A stretch of 64,000 nucleotides of DNA from positions 42,346,001-42,410,000 of the forward strand of contig CAIIXF020000001.1 of assembly GCA_903813345.2 (NCBI GenBank). The letters run 5' to 3'. Positions 13,017 to 25,585 of the stretch are shown here, one piece after another. The position numbers were made by a program, and so were the translations under genes. Under the pieces are notes generated by a model. The model had not been told where the DNA came from, searched no databases, and worked only from the letters and a program-made list of their open reading frames with translations. Numbering within the stretch: position 1 is the stretch's first letter; every line of letters begins with the position of its first letter. Origin of the DNA: Owenia fusiformis. Its lineage: Eukaryota.

Positions 13017-14010
13017 TTCAGGAAATTGGGATTATCCCGAGGCCAATATAAGTTATTCAATGATTCGAGTGAAATACAGAAAATATTCTTCCCGAGAAGG
13101 TTGTATTTCACGATGCGCTAGCAGAGTGAAATACAGACGTTCAAGGGAAGAATATTTTCTGTATTTCACGAGAAATCATTGAATAACGTTTTTATTCCAT
13201 GATTACCCATATAAAACTTGCCTAAATCAAGTCCCTTGGCTTGGAGCCGTTGAAACAGATCAACCTTCACACCTCAGAGATATTTTACATCGATATTCCT
13301 TCAAAATCTTTATGGCCTTGTTGTTTGCTTTTTATTGTATTATACGAGACATTTGATTTTCTTTCTTTTTTCTTCAATTTCATCAGCTGGAAGTGCAGTG
13401 TAGCGAAACGTTTTTTCGACTTTCGTCTGCCATATTGGATTTTAAATTTTTTTACTAGTTCATGAAAACAATGTGCATGCTTCATATTGATCTTTTTATA
13501 TTCACAAATGTGTGTTTTTTATCCTAAAATTATAAATTGTGATGATCACCGTATCATTTCCTGATATTCAAATCAGATATTTCTAGCAAAATGCAAATAT
13601 TAGCATGCGTTGGTGTAAACTGATCACCATTGATTTTTTCAGTAATAGTCATATCCTGGATGGAAATCTGGGGCGTTGGGATACTAGACCGTATCCCAAC
13701 GCTGACGTCTTTTTCACTCTGTATCCAACGCTTAGTGGAATTTGCGTGTAAACACAGGATATATTAAGTCACGTGCACCAATCAGATTGCAGGGAATTTC
13801 ACCATCATGGAATAATATAATATATCTGACCGAGGGCCGTAGGTCCCGAGGATAGATATGTTATTTTGGCCAAGGGATAATCCTAATATCCTGAACCGAC
13901 TAAATGATGATCGTAAAAACTTATAATTTCATCAACGGGCAGATATAGCTTTACGTCCCGCTCTAAGCGGGCAGATATAGTATATCTGCCCGCTACGTCA
14001 TAATTGCCGT
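13017..14010. mobile_element. Outer Crypton-like non-autonomous hairpin element (right boundary uncertain)
   Basis: Hairpin arms TTCAGGAAATTGGGATTATCCCGAGGCCAATATAA... and ...TTATTTTGGCCAAGGGATAATCCTAATATCCTGAA (ends ~13895) re-form once 13052-13820 is removed. Confidence 0.55.
13052..13814. mobile_element. Inner Crypton-like non-autonomous element
   Basis: ~140-bp terminal hairpin (13052-13187); inverted pair TTATTCCATGAT (~13192) / ATCATGGAATAA (~13804); CCAATCAG and TCACGTG near the far end; ATATAA on both sides. Confidence 0.65.
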
Positions 14011-14289
14011 TCGCACATTGGTTCATTCTTTAACATTCGCAGAATAATAATTGTAAACGACAACAGAGAAAAGCGCAAACAATTGCGATTTGTTTGATGC
14101 TTTAAAGAAGGGAGGGAGCAGTATGCCCTGTTAATAATCAAAGATGCGAGAAAATAAATGTGGATGAATATCCGAAAGAACAGGAAAATCCAGCTACGGC
14201 CAATAATTCAAAACTGAACATGAATATTTTAAAATAATTCCATTGTTGGTTGCAAAGTTTCGTTTCTGCAATATCCTGTACCTCATATA

Positions 14290-16324
14290 CACTGTATGTA
14301 CAGTGATCGCCTACTATTACAAGTGCGTGATCACAGACTCGACAAGATGCGCAAAATTCGAAATGTCGGAGGAAAGGTATGTTTGTTCATCTTCTCTTTA
14401 CCACCTTAATGTCATTTTACCTACAGATGGTATTCCATATGCTGTATAAGAGACTCGGGATTCATTTGGTAACAGGATTCAGTGATTGGTTCAACCGAAA
14501 TACCTGAATTGAGTTGATAAATAAAGCAAAATCTAAAACCCGCCGAACGAAAATGTATATTTCACCAAATTTTCTGCTTTTAGATTACCAAAACCACAAA
14601 AACCAACATGCCTGTGGTTAATATACATAATACTTAACATTACATGCATATCAGTCGTTCCAACTCCCCTTCAGTATCGAGTAAGAAGGATGTTCATATG
14701 AAAACAATTTATGATCAGCCAAGTGTGTGATTTTACCATGATTGTATATTCCAATGATATGTTCTTTGCATTTCAGAGTGGTTGGGTTTACATGATTTTA
14801 CCGTCCTTCATTACGAACTCCTAAATTTCAAATCATTATAAACCACCTTGTAGAACATCATGAAGAAGAAGAGATGAAGATGAGAAAGATTACTGAAAAT
14901 AGAGGCAAATTTAGAATGATAACAAGAAATTTCTCTGGAAAATACCAAATGAAGTGAAATCAATAAATAAACACAGTGGTGAATTTATGACAATTTCAGT
15001 GATTGACAATAACTGAATGCAATCATCCAAAATCTCTGATTCAACTGCTACACACTTTGTAGAGTTTCTCTAAACACGCCCACTGGGCGTTTATTTTGCA
15101 TTCGTTTACATACAATTCTAAAATTCTCAAGCTAATCACCTACAGACCTTAGTTGAAAATTGATCAATAAATCTACTGAATATTGAACTTTAGAGGAGCT
15201 TTCGCTTATATCTGTCAGTTATATGACCCAAGTTAGCCACCTCGTGGTGAACCTGAGAACTGACTATTGGCATCTACTGAAGGTTATTACGTCATTACAT
15301 TTTTAATATAAATTATTGGTACCTTGCTGCAAAATAATGATTTAACTCCCCAATGAAGTAGAAAGTGTACAATTCAGATTTTATATTTTATACGTTTATT
15401 ATGAGACCCCATGTCCAAAACAGGCGCAAACATGACAATGGGTGATACAGTGACATGCATTTTCATTCATAATTTATTCAATTCTTGCATTACAATTCGA
15501 CAATCGTCTTGGATGCCAAGGTGTAAAGTTCTCATACCTTGGAATCAGAGGGTAAAATAAATGGACTGAAATGGGACTTTAAAAAACTGTTCCACTTATA
15601 ATGTGTTACGCTTCAAGAGGTGTTTCACTTAGCAGGTTCTACTGTGCAGTATACATATCATATGATGGTAATGTATTCAAACCTAGGGAGAAAAACAAAA
15701 TGTACGCACACACAATGACCATTTAATTGACTGAATCAGTGAACAGTGATGTACATGTTTATTTTGGACATACATTTTGCGATAAACCCCATTTTTCTTC
15801 TCTTGAAAAGCATATAGCTATTGGCGTATGGTTTGCTGAAACTCACGCTATAGGCTGATCCATTCGTTTCTGTGTTAAAATATTTATTCCATGTTATTTA
15901 AGAGGAAACGTGAATTTCATCATGGTTAAATGGAAGCCCAAGACCCTACCTAAGTATAAAAAATCAAAGAGAGTAAAAATGTTCTATTGTTTTTGATATT
16001 TTTGAGCTTTTTAAATAAAATAACACATATTATATCGCATTTATATCTTTACATCGTAAAATCAATAACACTTAGCCGAAAGGGATTTTTTAGTACAATA
16101 AAGCATTGAATATATATATACGAAAAATGGTCAAACTGATATATATTTCTCAAATCATATGGGTGTTCTTGTGCTTACAAAACCTAATTGAATCACCGAT
16201 AGCCTGTAATATAAACACAAATAAACCTTTCAAAATAACCGTTACAAAATATTTGAATTTTGCGCATCTTGTCGAGTCTTTGATCACGCACTTGTAATAG
16301 TAGGCGATCACTGTACATACAGTG
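14290..16324. mobile_element. Candidate 2-kb TIR element with ~70-bp inverted repeats
   Basis: CACTGTATGTACAGTGATCGCCTACTATTACAAGTGCGTGATCACAGACTCGACAAGATGCGCAAAATTC recurs inverted at ~16255-16324 with one mismatch; ATATA on both flanks. Confidence 0.6.
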
Positions 16325-17209
16325 ATATAGGATAATCTCTATTTATGTGAACTTCATGGTTATCGAGTAATGCTACGTATACAGGCATTCCATTTTTTGA
16401 TTATTGCTGGACAGCTACATCATGTAGCTTACGATATAATCAGTAAAAATCCGCCATAATAATGTTTAAGTTAGAGTTACGGCTATACATCATTATCAAT
16501 CATTGTCAGAACCTACATTGTCAAGTACCAGAATGCATTATAATATGATATCTTAATCAGCGAAGGGTACCCTGCGGTGTCGTTTATTCATTTGGGTCGT
16601 CGTTGCTGTTCTTCTAATGCTCCAAGGCATTGTAATTCAAATGTAAAAAATCCATTAATATAGAGGCTTCATAAATTATATCGCACGTTTGCGTATTTTA
16701 AGGGATATAAACAAATACGATGGTTTAGTGAAAATGTGCAAATATCGGATATGTCTTAACGAATTTCTTGCAGGAGCACGGTTTACATTATCATTGTTTG
16801 TGCTGGTTCATTTAATCTGCTTTTCAGTTTAGTTATTAACTGTGTTGAAACATTAAAACTTGTAAAAACGACTTGGTATACTCCATTGTTCAAAATTGCC
16901 GATGACAGCCTGTGATGATGATACTGAAAAATATGTTTCCATATAACATTGTATTTATCAATGTATAAACTATTGTTGCGTTTTGTGGATTATGATGGCG
17001 GCTTTGCGAACGGATGTTGACCCTTTGAGTTGCCTATGGACTTCGAGACTGGATTTTATCTATCCCACATCGTTTGAGACTGAATACTCTGTCTTTTATG
17101 AGTGCTAGTATCTACAACTGTTTTTGATGTTATGAGTATTGGCTATCATTTTTTTCAATTTTTCTTCAACATGTATTGTAATGACTTCAGTATGAATGAA
17201 AAGTCCCTT

Positions 17210-17412
17210 GGTGTTCTGGTCCTAGATTGTGATATTGGTTCTCGATTGAAGGGGGGTGTTAGACATTGTTTCTTTTCACGTTTGATTATGGTTTTGGGAT
17301 ATATAGGGTCTACTTTTCTTATGACAGATTTACGTCTTACAGTTCCACTTCTAGTTGGGTTTCTTTAAAGTTTTTAGTCACCCTTCCCTTTGGCATTTGT
17401 GCTTATATATTT
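17210..17412 (+). repeat. Dispersed ~200-bp repeat, copy 1
   Basis: GTTCTGGTCCTAGATTGTGATATTGGTTCT...ATGGTTTTGGGATATAT...TTCCCTTTGGCATTTGTGCTTA matches 62220-62425 directly and 27960-28085 and 40572-40700 inverted. Confidence 0.7.
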
Positions 17413-17510
17413 ACATATGTTTTATAGTGTTATTTAGTAAACTGATCTTTGTGGTGTTTGCAAAGGTTTTTGATACATTGAAATATGTATTATTGGTATG
17501 ATATTTACCA

Positions 17511-17945
17511 TTATTATATCACTATCTAGCTAGCGACAGTATGATTGGTCAAAACCGGGTCACATGTCGTGGGATATCTGGCGATATTCAATGGCATTGC
17601 TAATCAGATAAGACAACCGTGAGATATCTAGCGATATCCCACGCTCCCGGGAATTTTCAAAGAATTTGTTTTCGTTCAGTGTAAATAATTTAGTTCAGTG
17701 TAAGTAAAAATGGCAGACGAACGAGTAGATTCGTAAAAATATCTGAAGACTTAATGACTTAATAATATTAGGGATGTTTAGCTAGACAGTGATATAATAA
17801 AACAAATATTTCACTTTATTTTCGGTGAATACCTGTAGCACTTTCACAAGGTGATATTCCACTTGCCCTTCGGGCTTCGTGAAATATCACTTGTGAAAGA
17901 TGTACAGGTATTCACCTCAATAGAGTGAAATATTTGTTCAATATT
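17511..17945. mobile_element. Crypton-like non-autonomous element
   Basis: Inverted pair TTATTATATCACTATCTAGCTA (17511) / TAGCTAGACAGTGATATAATAA (~17779) followed by a ~140-bp terminal hairpin (17801-17940); GATTGG and AAAATGGC motifs inside. Confidence 0.7.
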
Positions 17946-18061
17946 CTTTACTTCTATGAATGTGTGAATAATATAACAGATGGGATATGACGGAATGTAG
18001 GTCGGAATAAAATTGAATTAAAATATATATTGTCTTCTTGGTGAAATGCCAATACATTAAC

Positions 18062-18690
18062 CATTTATTTCACTATACATATGATGCCAACCACAAGAGA
18101 AATCTGTAAAAACTTCCCCAAATCACCAAATTCGATCAAAAATGTTTATTTTCACTTTTTTAATACTCAGCCAAATTGTATTTACTAAAATAAAATTTCT
18201 AAAAAAAGTTAATGTTTAATTTCTGCAAAACACACATTTTTACCCCAAAACACATTTTGACACCTATTTCTTCTTGTTAAATCTCTGTCAGCATCAATTA
18301 AGAAACCATCATTTACCTTTCAATTAGTAAACATTAATTGCCTACTCGTCAAAAATATGTCATTATATTTTCAATGCACTGATTTTGGTCTACATTCATT
18401 TCACTATATGCCAACCACAAGAGAAATCTCTAAAATCGATCAAAAATGGTTTATTTTCACTTATCCATAGTTAACCAGATTGTATCTACTAAAATACAAT
18501 TTCTAAATTAAAAAAAATTCTGCAAAAACACATCTTTTTACCCAAAAACACATTTTGATACATATTTCGTCTTGTTAAATCTCAGTATTAATTAAGGAGC
18601 CATTTTCCTTTCAATTAGTAAACATGACTTGCCTGGTCGTCAAAATATAAGATGTTATTATATTTTCAACGCACTGATTCTAGTCTACTA
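18062..18690 (+). repeat. Diverged tandem duplication (~330 + ~295 bp)
   Basis: ATTTCACTATA...TGCCAACCACAAGAGAAATCT...TCTTGTTAAATCTC...TTTCAATTAGTAAACAT...GCACTGATT occurs twice in tandem. Confidence 0.8.
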
Positions 18691-20624
18691 TTATTTTCTG
18701 TTAAATATATTGTATGTGTGTTTCGTTATTTTCGGAGTCTTTCAATGGATTTATTTATGTCAGTTTATATTTATGCTGTCTAACATGTATATAATTTTGT
18801 ACTTTTATTATGATGGTGAGATTGGGAACTGTTTACCACTACCTTCTGGCATCTTTGTAATTGCGTTTCAGAAGTCAAGCTGTGACAGATATCGTCAATT
18901 TATAATTTATAGAATTCCCTCTCAATTTTGTCAAATGTGTCGCAATGCAACCATGATACGTTGATGACTCCCACCTGAAAACATCTAATAGGCATTAGAA
19001 TGACAGGAAAATACGGGTTACGTGGAAACATATCAAAAATAGATATAATAGGAATAATTGGACAGATTTGTTTCAACAGACCCTGATTGACTAGAAAAAC
19101 CAAGCAAAACATACCTTATCAAATCACTCATTTTGAACATAACAGTAGTTGAACATAACAGTAGTACTAGTACTGCTTCCTTTTGGCAAAATCTACCCCC
19201 ATGTTGTGACGTGGAGCCATGCTATAAACTCCTTTTCGAGTAAAGGTCTTATGACCACAAGGCATTCGATTATGAACTTTCGACCAAATGGTATTTGCGT
19301 TATTGAAAAATCATATATGGCCTTAGAAATTTAGAATTCACGTCCATTTTGAATACAGCATTCCTCCTAAGTACGGACCTATGCCAATCTGGTATCAGAA
19401 CAGAACATAAACTCTGAAACAAATCTGATATCTGGTACTTGAATGAATCTTTTCAGTCATTCCATATATAAGGAGACATTTAAGGTTCCAAACTTTTGAA
19501 AAATGAACTAATCGTTTCATTGCATTCATTTTCAGATTTTGATTTTGTTTTATGTATCCTCTATAAAATCCCCAAGTTTTGGCATTTTAACTTTTATATA
19601 TCAAAAGTTGCACTATTTTGAAATTAAGAGGTGTAAAATTATAAAAAGCATATAGTTTAAGATTCGTTCTCGATACCTCTTTTATTCTATGGAGATTTTA
19701 GCTAACTTGATATGCGATGTCTTCCTCTGGTAATCTCTATTCTATAGATCACTAAGAAACAAAACTATAAATTGCATTTGGGAAATCACTAATCATTTTA
19801 ATCAAGAAATAACATAAATTTACGTTGTAATGCATAAATGCAGTCGCTCTCAAAAAAATTGTTTTACAAAACGCAACACTGTCATGTATTCTCATGATGT
19901 TTAACACAACATGTGAAAAGTTATTTTGGGCATACAATGAAACTGTGGGATTTCGCTTTCAAATCATCATATATTTGTATGTGACAAAGACATCTAGTAA
20001 TAATCAGAAATAAGTTAAACTTGTCAGTGCAAAACAACGTCGCTTAAAGTAAAAATTGACGCAATTGTTAATCCACTGAATCTTTCTCGTATATATCCAA
20101 AGTCTTAAAACACAAGCTCCTGTCCATTGTATTGTCACCATAAACCATTTTATATCTTTTAATAGAGATAAAAAATTACTTAAATAATAACGTATCTTAA
20201 TATCATTATCAAAACATTTTAACTCGATCAATATCATTTATTTATTTGTTTAGAAGAACATAAACTCGTGATATGACTAACTACAAACAATAACAACTTC
20301 TTAAACAACAAAACATAAAATGCTTCATAGCAGAGGCAATTGCAAATGAAAGAGAACGTCGCTTAAAGCGGAAATAATGTCAGGTATTCTAATCATCATT
20401 ATATGTAGTTACAATACTACTGAATAAAATGCAATAAGTTGAAAATCTTGTTATGTGTTAGTTTTTGTATAATATTGAAAATAAAAATCATAAATTGACC
20501 CAGTGACCCAGTTGTCTGTTGGACGGGGCTCGCCATATTTCCCTCAGAGACCCGGATGTAGACCGGAAGTGTGACGTTTCTGCGACCTGAGCCGCCATCT
20601 TGAAAGCATTCACAACAAAGGAAA

Positions 20625-21547
20625 ATGCCTATGTGTTGTGCGGTAAATTGTTCAAATATTTCCACTGATGGAGCTAGACTTGGGATAAGGACTTTAAAAG
20701 AAATGCCTGAACGACAGTACGACAGTCGGCTGGTGACGGTAGAATTAAAATCTGTCGACAGTACAAACCAGCTGTCGTTGTCGTGGACCGAATCCCCGGG
20801 GAATAGAACACATTTAAAACAGTGTCACTTACTATAGTTTCTGAAAAGTTTCATGCACGGCTTTTAACAATCAAAGATTCCTACTTATTATTGTCTTGTT
20901 TGTCGTCCTATATCTATCCTGGGGTTGTGTTTTTTCTCCCCAATACGGGAAAACATTTTGAATAAAGAATTTTCCAATTCCGGCATGGAATAAGTAGGGT
21001 AATCTGCAGCAGTTTCGTTTTTGCTTCAACTCTTCACGCATGCCTAGTAGTTTGAAATAATTTACAAGTGAGCATGTGTTTTTGGAATTAAGCCAATCAA
21101 ATTATTCATTCTAATGCGCATGAACTAGATTCCGAATCAAGAGGAACTGGCGCAGTGCCTCAAATGCTGAAATCGCTCTTCAAAAGCTCTTCAAAATAGA
21201 TTGGTGAATAAAAATGAATAACAACTGAAGTTACATTGGTTTATTTAGTTCGATGTCAGGATATTTCAAGTAAGTACTGATTATATAGACGCTACAGTGA
21301 TGATGGTTCTAGACACACGGGGCAAGTTGTTTTAGCTGATATTCTCCTCAAACGGCGTAGATTGAACACAATTTTACTTCCGGGTTTACCCACGACAGTT
21401 TACTAACGGCAACAGAAATAACACTGTCGTTATCGACAATGGAATCTCACTGTCGTTCGGGCAGTTGCCATACCATACATATTCTCTCACAAGAAACCAA
21501 AGAAAACGGATTCAAGGCGAGCAATCCGGTCCCAAAAAGAGAACTGA
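20625..21547 (+). pseudogene. THAP-domain relic, internally deleted and split by an insertion
   Basis: MPMCCAVNCSN...GIRTLKE before 20704 and AIPYIFSHKKPKK... from 21467 (AVPTIF-like THAP end). CCGGAAGT and GCCGCCATCTTG lie just upstream. Confidence 0.7.
20704..21463. mobile_element. Non-autonomous TIR element inside the THAP relic
   Basis: TIRs TGCCTGAACGACAGT / ACTGTCGTTCGGGCA; repeated CGACAG/CTGTCG subterminal motifs; TSD not resolved. Confidence 0.7.
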
Positions 21548-21600
21548 ACCAGGCCATGTGCCGGCTAGGTCGACGCCATTTTGAAAGAAAATTTTGAATT

Positions 21601-21644
21601 GTATCGTATCGTATCGTATCGTATCGTATCGTATCGTATCGTAT
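21601..21644. repeat. (GTATC)n microsatellite
   Basis: Eight perfect GTATC units plus GTAT. Confidence 0.98.
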
Positions 21645-22212
21645 GTCTTTAATAGCTTTATAACTTAATACCATATTTGTGAAATAAATATAACATACTA
21701 GGTCTACGAGCCTTTAAATTGTTTGTTGTCTACTGTAAATACAACAGAAATACACCTCCATGGTGATCGAAATGACGAACCTTGCGTCATCGATCGCGAT
21801 CATTCATGACGGGGAATACATTATCAGTTCTGCCTTATATTTATAACAGAGTGTCAAAAATCCAATTAATATCTGCCATTCGTCATTTTATTAAATAAAA
21901 GATCCGAATATGTTTAATCTTCAAGCAAAACGATCGAGAGATAATTGATTGTCAACATAAAATTAACGCATTTTCCTGTCATGTCGGTAACCAACGTTCA
22001 CGAGTTGGTCAGTTTTTGGTTTTGATTGGCACTTTGGGAGTTAATTCTATGAATTGTGAGTATTGATGTGAACATGGTCATGTTTTTCTCGAACAGGTGA
22101 TGTCATATTATAGTATGTCAATATGCCAAATACATAGTCAAAATCTTCAAATTGCTCCATTTTCTTGTTAAGAAGTTCGTAATATTTTTCAATGTGGCCG
22201 CCCCGCTACAAT

Positions 22213-22310
22213 TGCGCATGCGCATTTTTCGGGCCAATCAGAATGCTGGAATTTGTCGAGTCGCAGTGACGCCGCTCATGAATATTCATAGGTAGGTTAT
22301 GGCGACCTCC
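22213..22310. promoter_or_regulatory. Promoter-like motif cluster, probably TE-internal
   Basis: TGCGCATGCGCA (NRF1-like, 22213-22224), GCCAATCAG, palindrome ATGAATATTCAT (22278-22289) and ATGGCG within 100 bp of locally GC-rich sequence. Confidence 0.4.
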
Positions 22311-22702
22311 ATAACCCAGGTGAAGATCCAATACCTCAATACCTCATATCTGCCGATGCATTAGAAGATCGTCGCTCATACCGGGGTCATGTTTTTGATT
22401 ATAGACTTATTATTCTGATGAATCATAGTTTTTACTTGAGGTTATTATCCCTTTAAATCTAAGACATCCGTTCCTTTACAAATGTCAAATGTTTACTTCA
22501 CTGGAATAAGGCTTTAACCAACGTTTTCACTAGATGTGCTCCACTTTTGCAAGATCAATTGTATGTCACTGGCGGCGATTTTCATCATCTTATTTCAATT
22601 GTTTTCCATTTAGCTCAGCACGGGGCACATAGTATCGTCTTCTTCTCAATACGTTCCTTTTCAAGGTATTTTTGACCCTCGATTCTTTTCTTTCTTTCTC
22701 TA

Positions 22703-23673
22703 CAGTGCGTATCAAAAAAACAACGCAACAGATTGTTATCTTGGAAAAGCACAAAACCAGTGATAACAGCATTGATTTCATTCAATGCACCATAAAGCCA
22801 TGTACCTCCTCTTTACAATGATACAGATATTTGGTCATGTTTGGGTGAGTAATCATTCCATTTGCAAAGTGGGCCAAGATTAGCTTCGGGCCAAGTTATA
22901 AACATTGTAAAAGTCAGTGTACGGAGCCCGATGCAATATTGGACGAAAACATAAAACCAATGCTGACTGCATCCTTTTAATTCAATGTACCAAAAAGCCA
23001 AATTACTCCTCTTTGCAATGGAATATCATTCATTCACAGGGAGTCATCTCTGACCGAATAATAATTAATTTTGCAAAATTCAACTTGGACCCAAGTTTAA
23101 AACATTGCAAAAGTCAGTACAAGGGGCATAGGGGCTATTGGAAGAAGGTGTGACAGGTATGGCATAGACAGTAAAGTGTTCATACTCATACTCTTGCAAG
23201 AATACATCCTAAACCCTTCCAAATTACCACCACTTCCTTGCACATAAAGATGCGCTCATCTGTCCACGTTATGCATGGTTCAGCCCTGAATCATGTGTGG
23301 GTTAAAGCAAAGAAAAGCAGCCCATGGGCAAATCTTTCTCGAGGTTTTGCAATATCTGGTGGAGGAATTGTGAACACAGATGCTCCTGAGATAGCTCCAA
23401 AAGAAAAAGTCACAACAATTAAAGGGGAACTTCCATTGGCACTTAGCCCTTGCACTGATTTTTTCAATATCTAAAACTTGGCGCAGAGCCGATTTTGACC
23501 CACTGTGCAAATGGAAGGATTTCTCACCCAACCATTACCACATGTGAATGAATGACATATCATTGCAAAGAGGAGAGACATGGCTTTGTGGTACATTAAA
23601 TGAAATTGATGTAGTCCTTACTAGTTATGTGATTTTACGAGATAACAACTTGTTGCGTTTTTTATACGCCCTG
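22703..23673 (+). mobile_element. Tc1/mariner-type non-autonomous element, copy 1
   Basis: TA|CAGTGCGTATCAAAAAAACAACGCAACA ... TGTTGCGTTTTTTATACGCCCTG|TA; long imperfect TIRs; highly similar to 35386-36377. Confidence 0.9.
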
Positions 23674-24854
23674 TATAATTCTTTTGAATTTCTGCTTTAG
23701 TCTTGGCCATATTCTGCAACAAATATTGTGAATTCCCGGGCTAGTTACCACTATTAAGACAAAAATAAAACAAGTATTAAGCGACGTTATCAAAAGCAAC
23801 GTACCTTAATTGATATAAAACTCAAGTCGTATGTGATTTGAGAAAAAGGTGGACATCATGTTTTAACAATGACCAATTAAGTTGTTTATTTAGAATATCT
23901 TTCAACCGAATCGGGATATCCTAGATCTTTGATTAACCAGCTTTGCTTGGGCAAAAGATACGGGGTGTTGTAGTTACGCGATTGCTGTATTATTTATTAT
24001 TTATTATATGATTATTAGGAAGAAATCCCATTTCCTTTGACTGCAAATAAAGTATGGCGTATCATGAGATCACGTGCATCTCCTCCTCTTGAGTTAACAG
24101 CATTTATTGCTGAGTTATCAACTAATTATTATTTCGCACTTTCCGTAACGTACCTTATTGCCACGTACATGAGGAAAACTCTTTACATGTTTCAATAAAG
24201 CAATATAACAGAGCGAACAAAGGTAATGAGCACATTCTATTGAATGTCCGCCTTGTCATATTCAAGAATTTTTTTACTAATTCCATCAAGATATTACAAA
24301 ATGTTGGAAAATGTTGTAACGTACCTTAAAATCCTTATCTTTTGAATTGAAAAATGACACATTTATGACCTATAACTTTTGTTCTGGATAGAGTACAGTT
24401 TTTAAACTTTGCATGCATTTTGATAAATCATTTTCTGATAAAATATCACTCTGGGTTAAACATTTAAGTGATTCGTGCATGCATTCTCTAGAAATTGAAA
24501 TATCTAAAGTGGCATTTTAGAAAAAACTGGCGACATGGTTTCCGGGCATTTGATTATTATGTTGGAAAGGATTAAATTTCGTGAAACGTTGGTACCCACA
24601 GGTATCTTTTCAGGAAGTTTGGATGTTCTGTGTTTTGGTGTTCTGAAATCTATAACTACTTCAGTTATGCTTATAAAACATCACTATGCACTCTGGCGAC
24701 ATAACGTACCTGAGGAATTTGTCATCAAATTAAGTTACTCACTTACTACCAAACAATTAAAATTTGCTGTTTGATTGGTGGTTGTACAAGTGAGTATTGG
24801 TCCTAAGTAGATGTTCTTAAAAAGTTTCTATATAAATCTATAAACGCTTGAGAA

Positions 24855-25585
24855 AAAACCCTTGGCGACACGAATGTCTGCTTATATATGGAATGACTGT
24901 TTTCAAGAAATAAAGCAGCCATTTTTAATCCAGCTGTCATTTTGGAAATTCGATCCTCATCTATGTCCCCAAGACACCAGTATATTAAATTTGAACCCAA
25001 TCTGTCAAATTAAATGTGGTCTTTGGGTTATCATTGATTACATTTACAAAGATTAATGACGGCCAGTCTGAAAAGAGCGGTTATATTGAGATTGCCTACA
25101 CTTGAGTAGAGGTCCTTTGCCCATAAGACATTGGCCTATAGAATTTAAATGAAATTCCAAAACCTTGTTAAATTATCAAAATGACATTTTGGGCAGCAAT
25201 ATTGGAAATCCCATCTCCAGCAGAGTTCCTATGCCAAAAATGCATCAGCTTATAAAACGTATATTGAGAATCCCCACACTTGAGTAAAGGAAAGGTCAGT
25301 TGCCTTTAAGACCACTGGCCCATAGATTTGGGATTATATTCTAAAACCTTGTTTAATTATCAAAATTACATTTTAATGAAAATGGCGGCCATTTTAAAAT
25401 GAGCTGCCATATTGAAAATTCCATCCCGAGCAGAGGTGCTATGCAAAAATGCACCAGCCATATAAAACTTGAGTTAAATCCGTCAAATGGTATTTGAGTT
25501 CTTGTCCGGACAGACAAAAGAACAAACGGATTGACGACGGTCGACTACTCTATATCCCCCTCGAACGATATTACCCGGAAGTCTA
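24855..25585 (+). mobile_element. Helentron-associated (HINE-like) element with tandem ~180-200-bp core units
   Basis: Two related units start TATATTGAGA (25082, 25260); they are followed by GTCCGGACAGAC...ACGG and CTATATCCCCC, the usual 3' layout of such elements. Confidence 0.5.
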
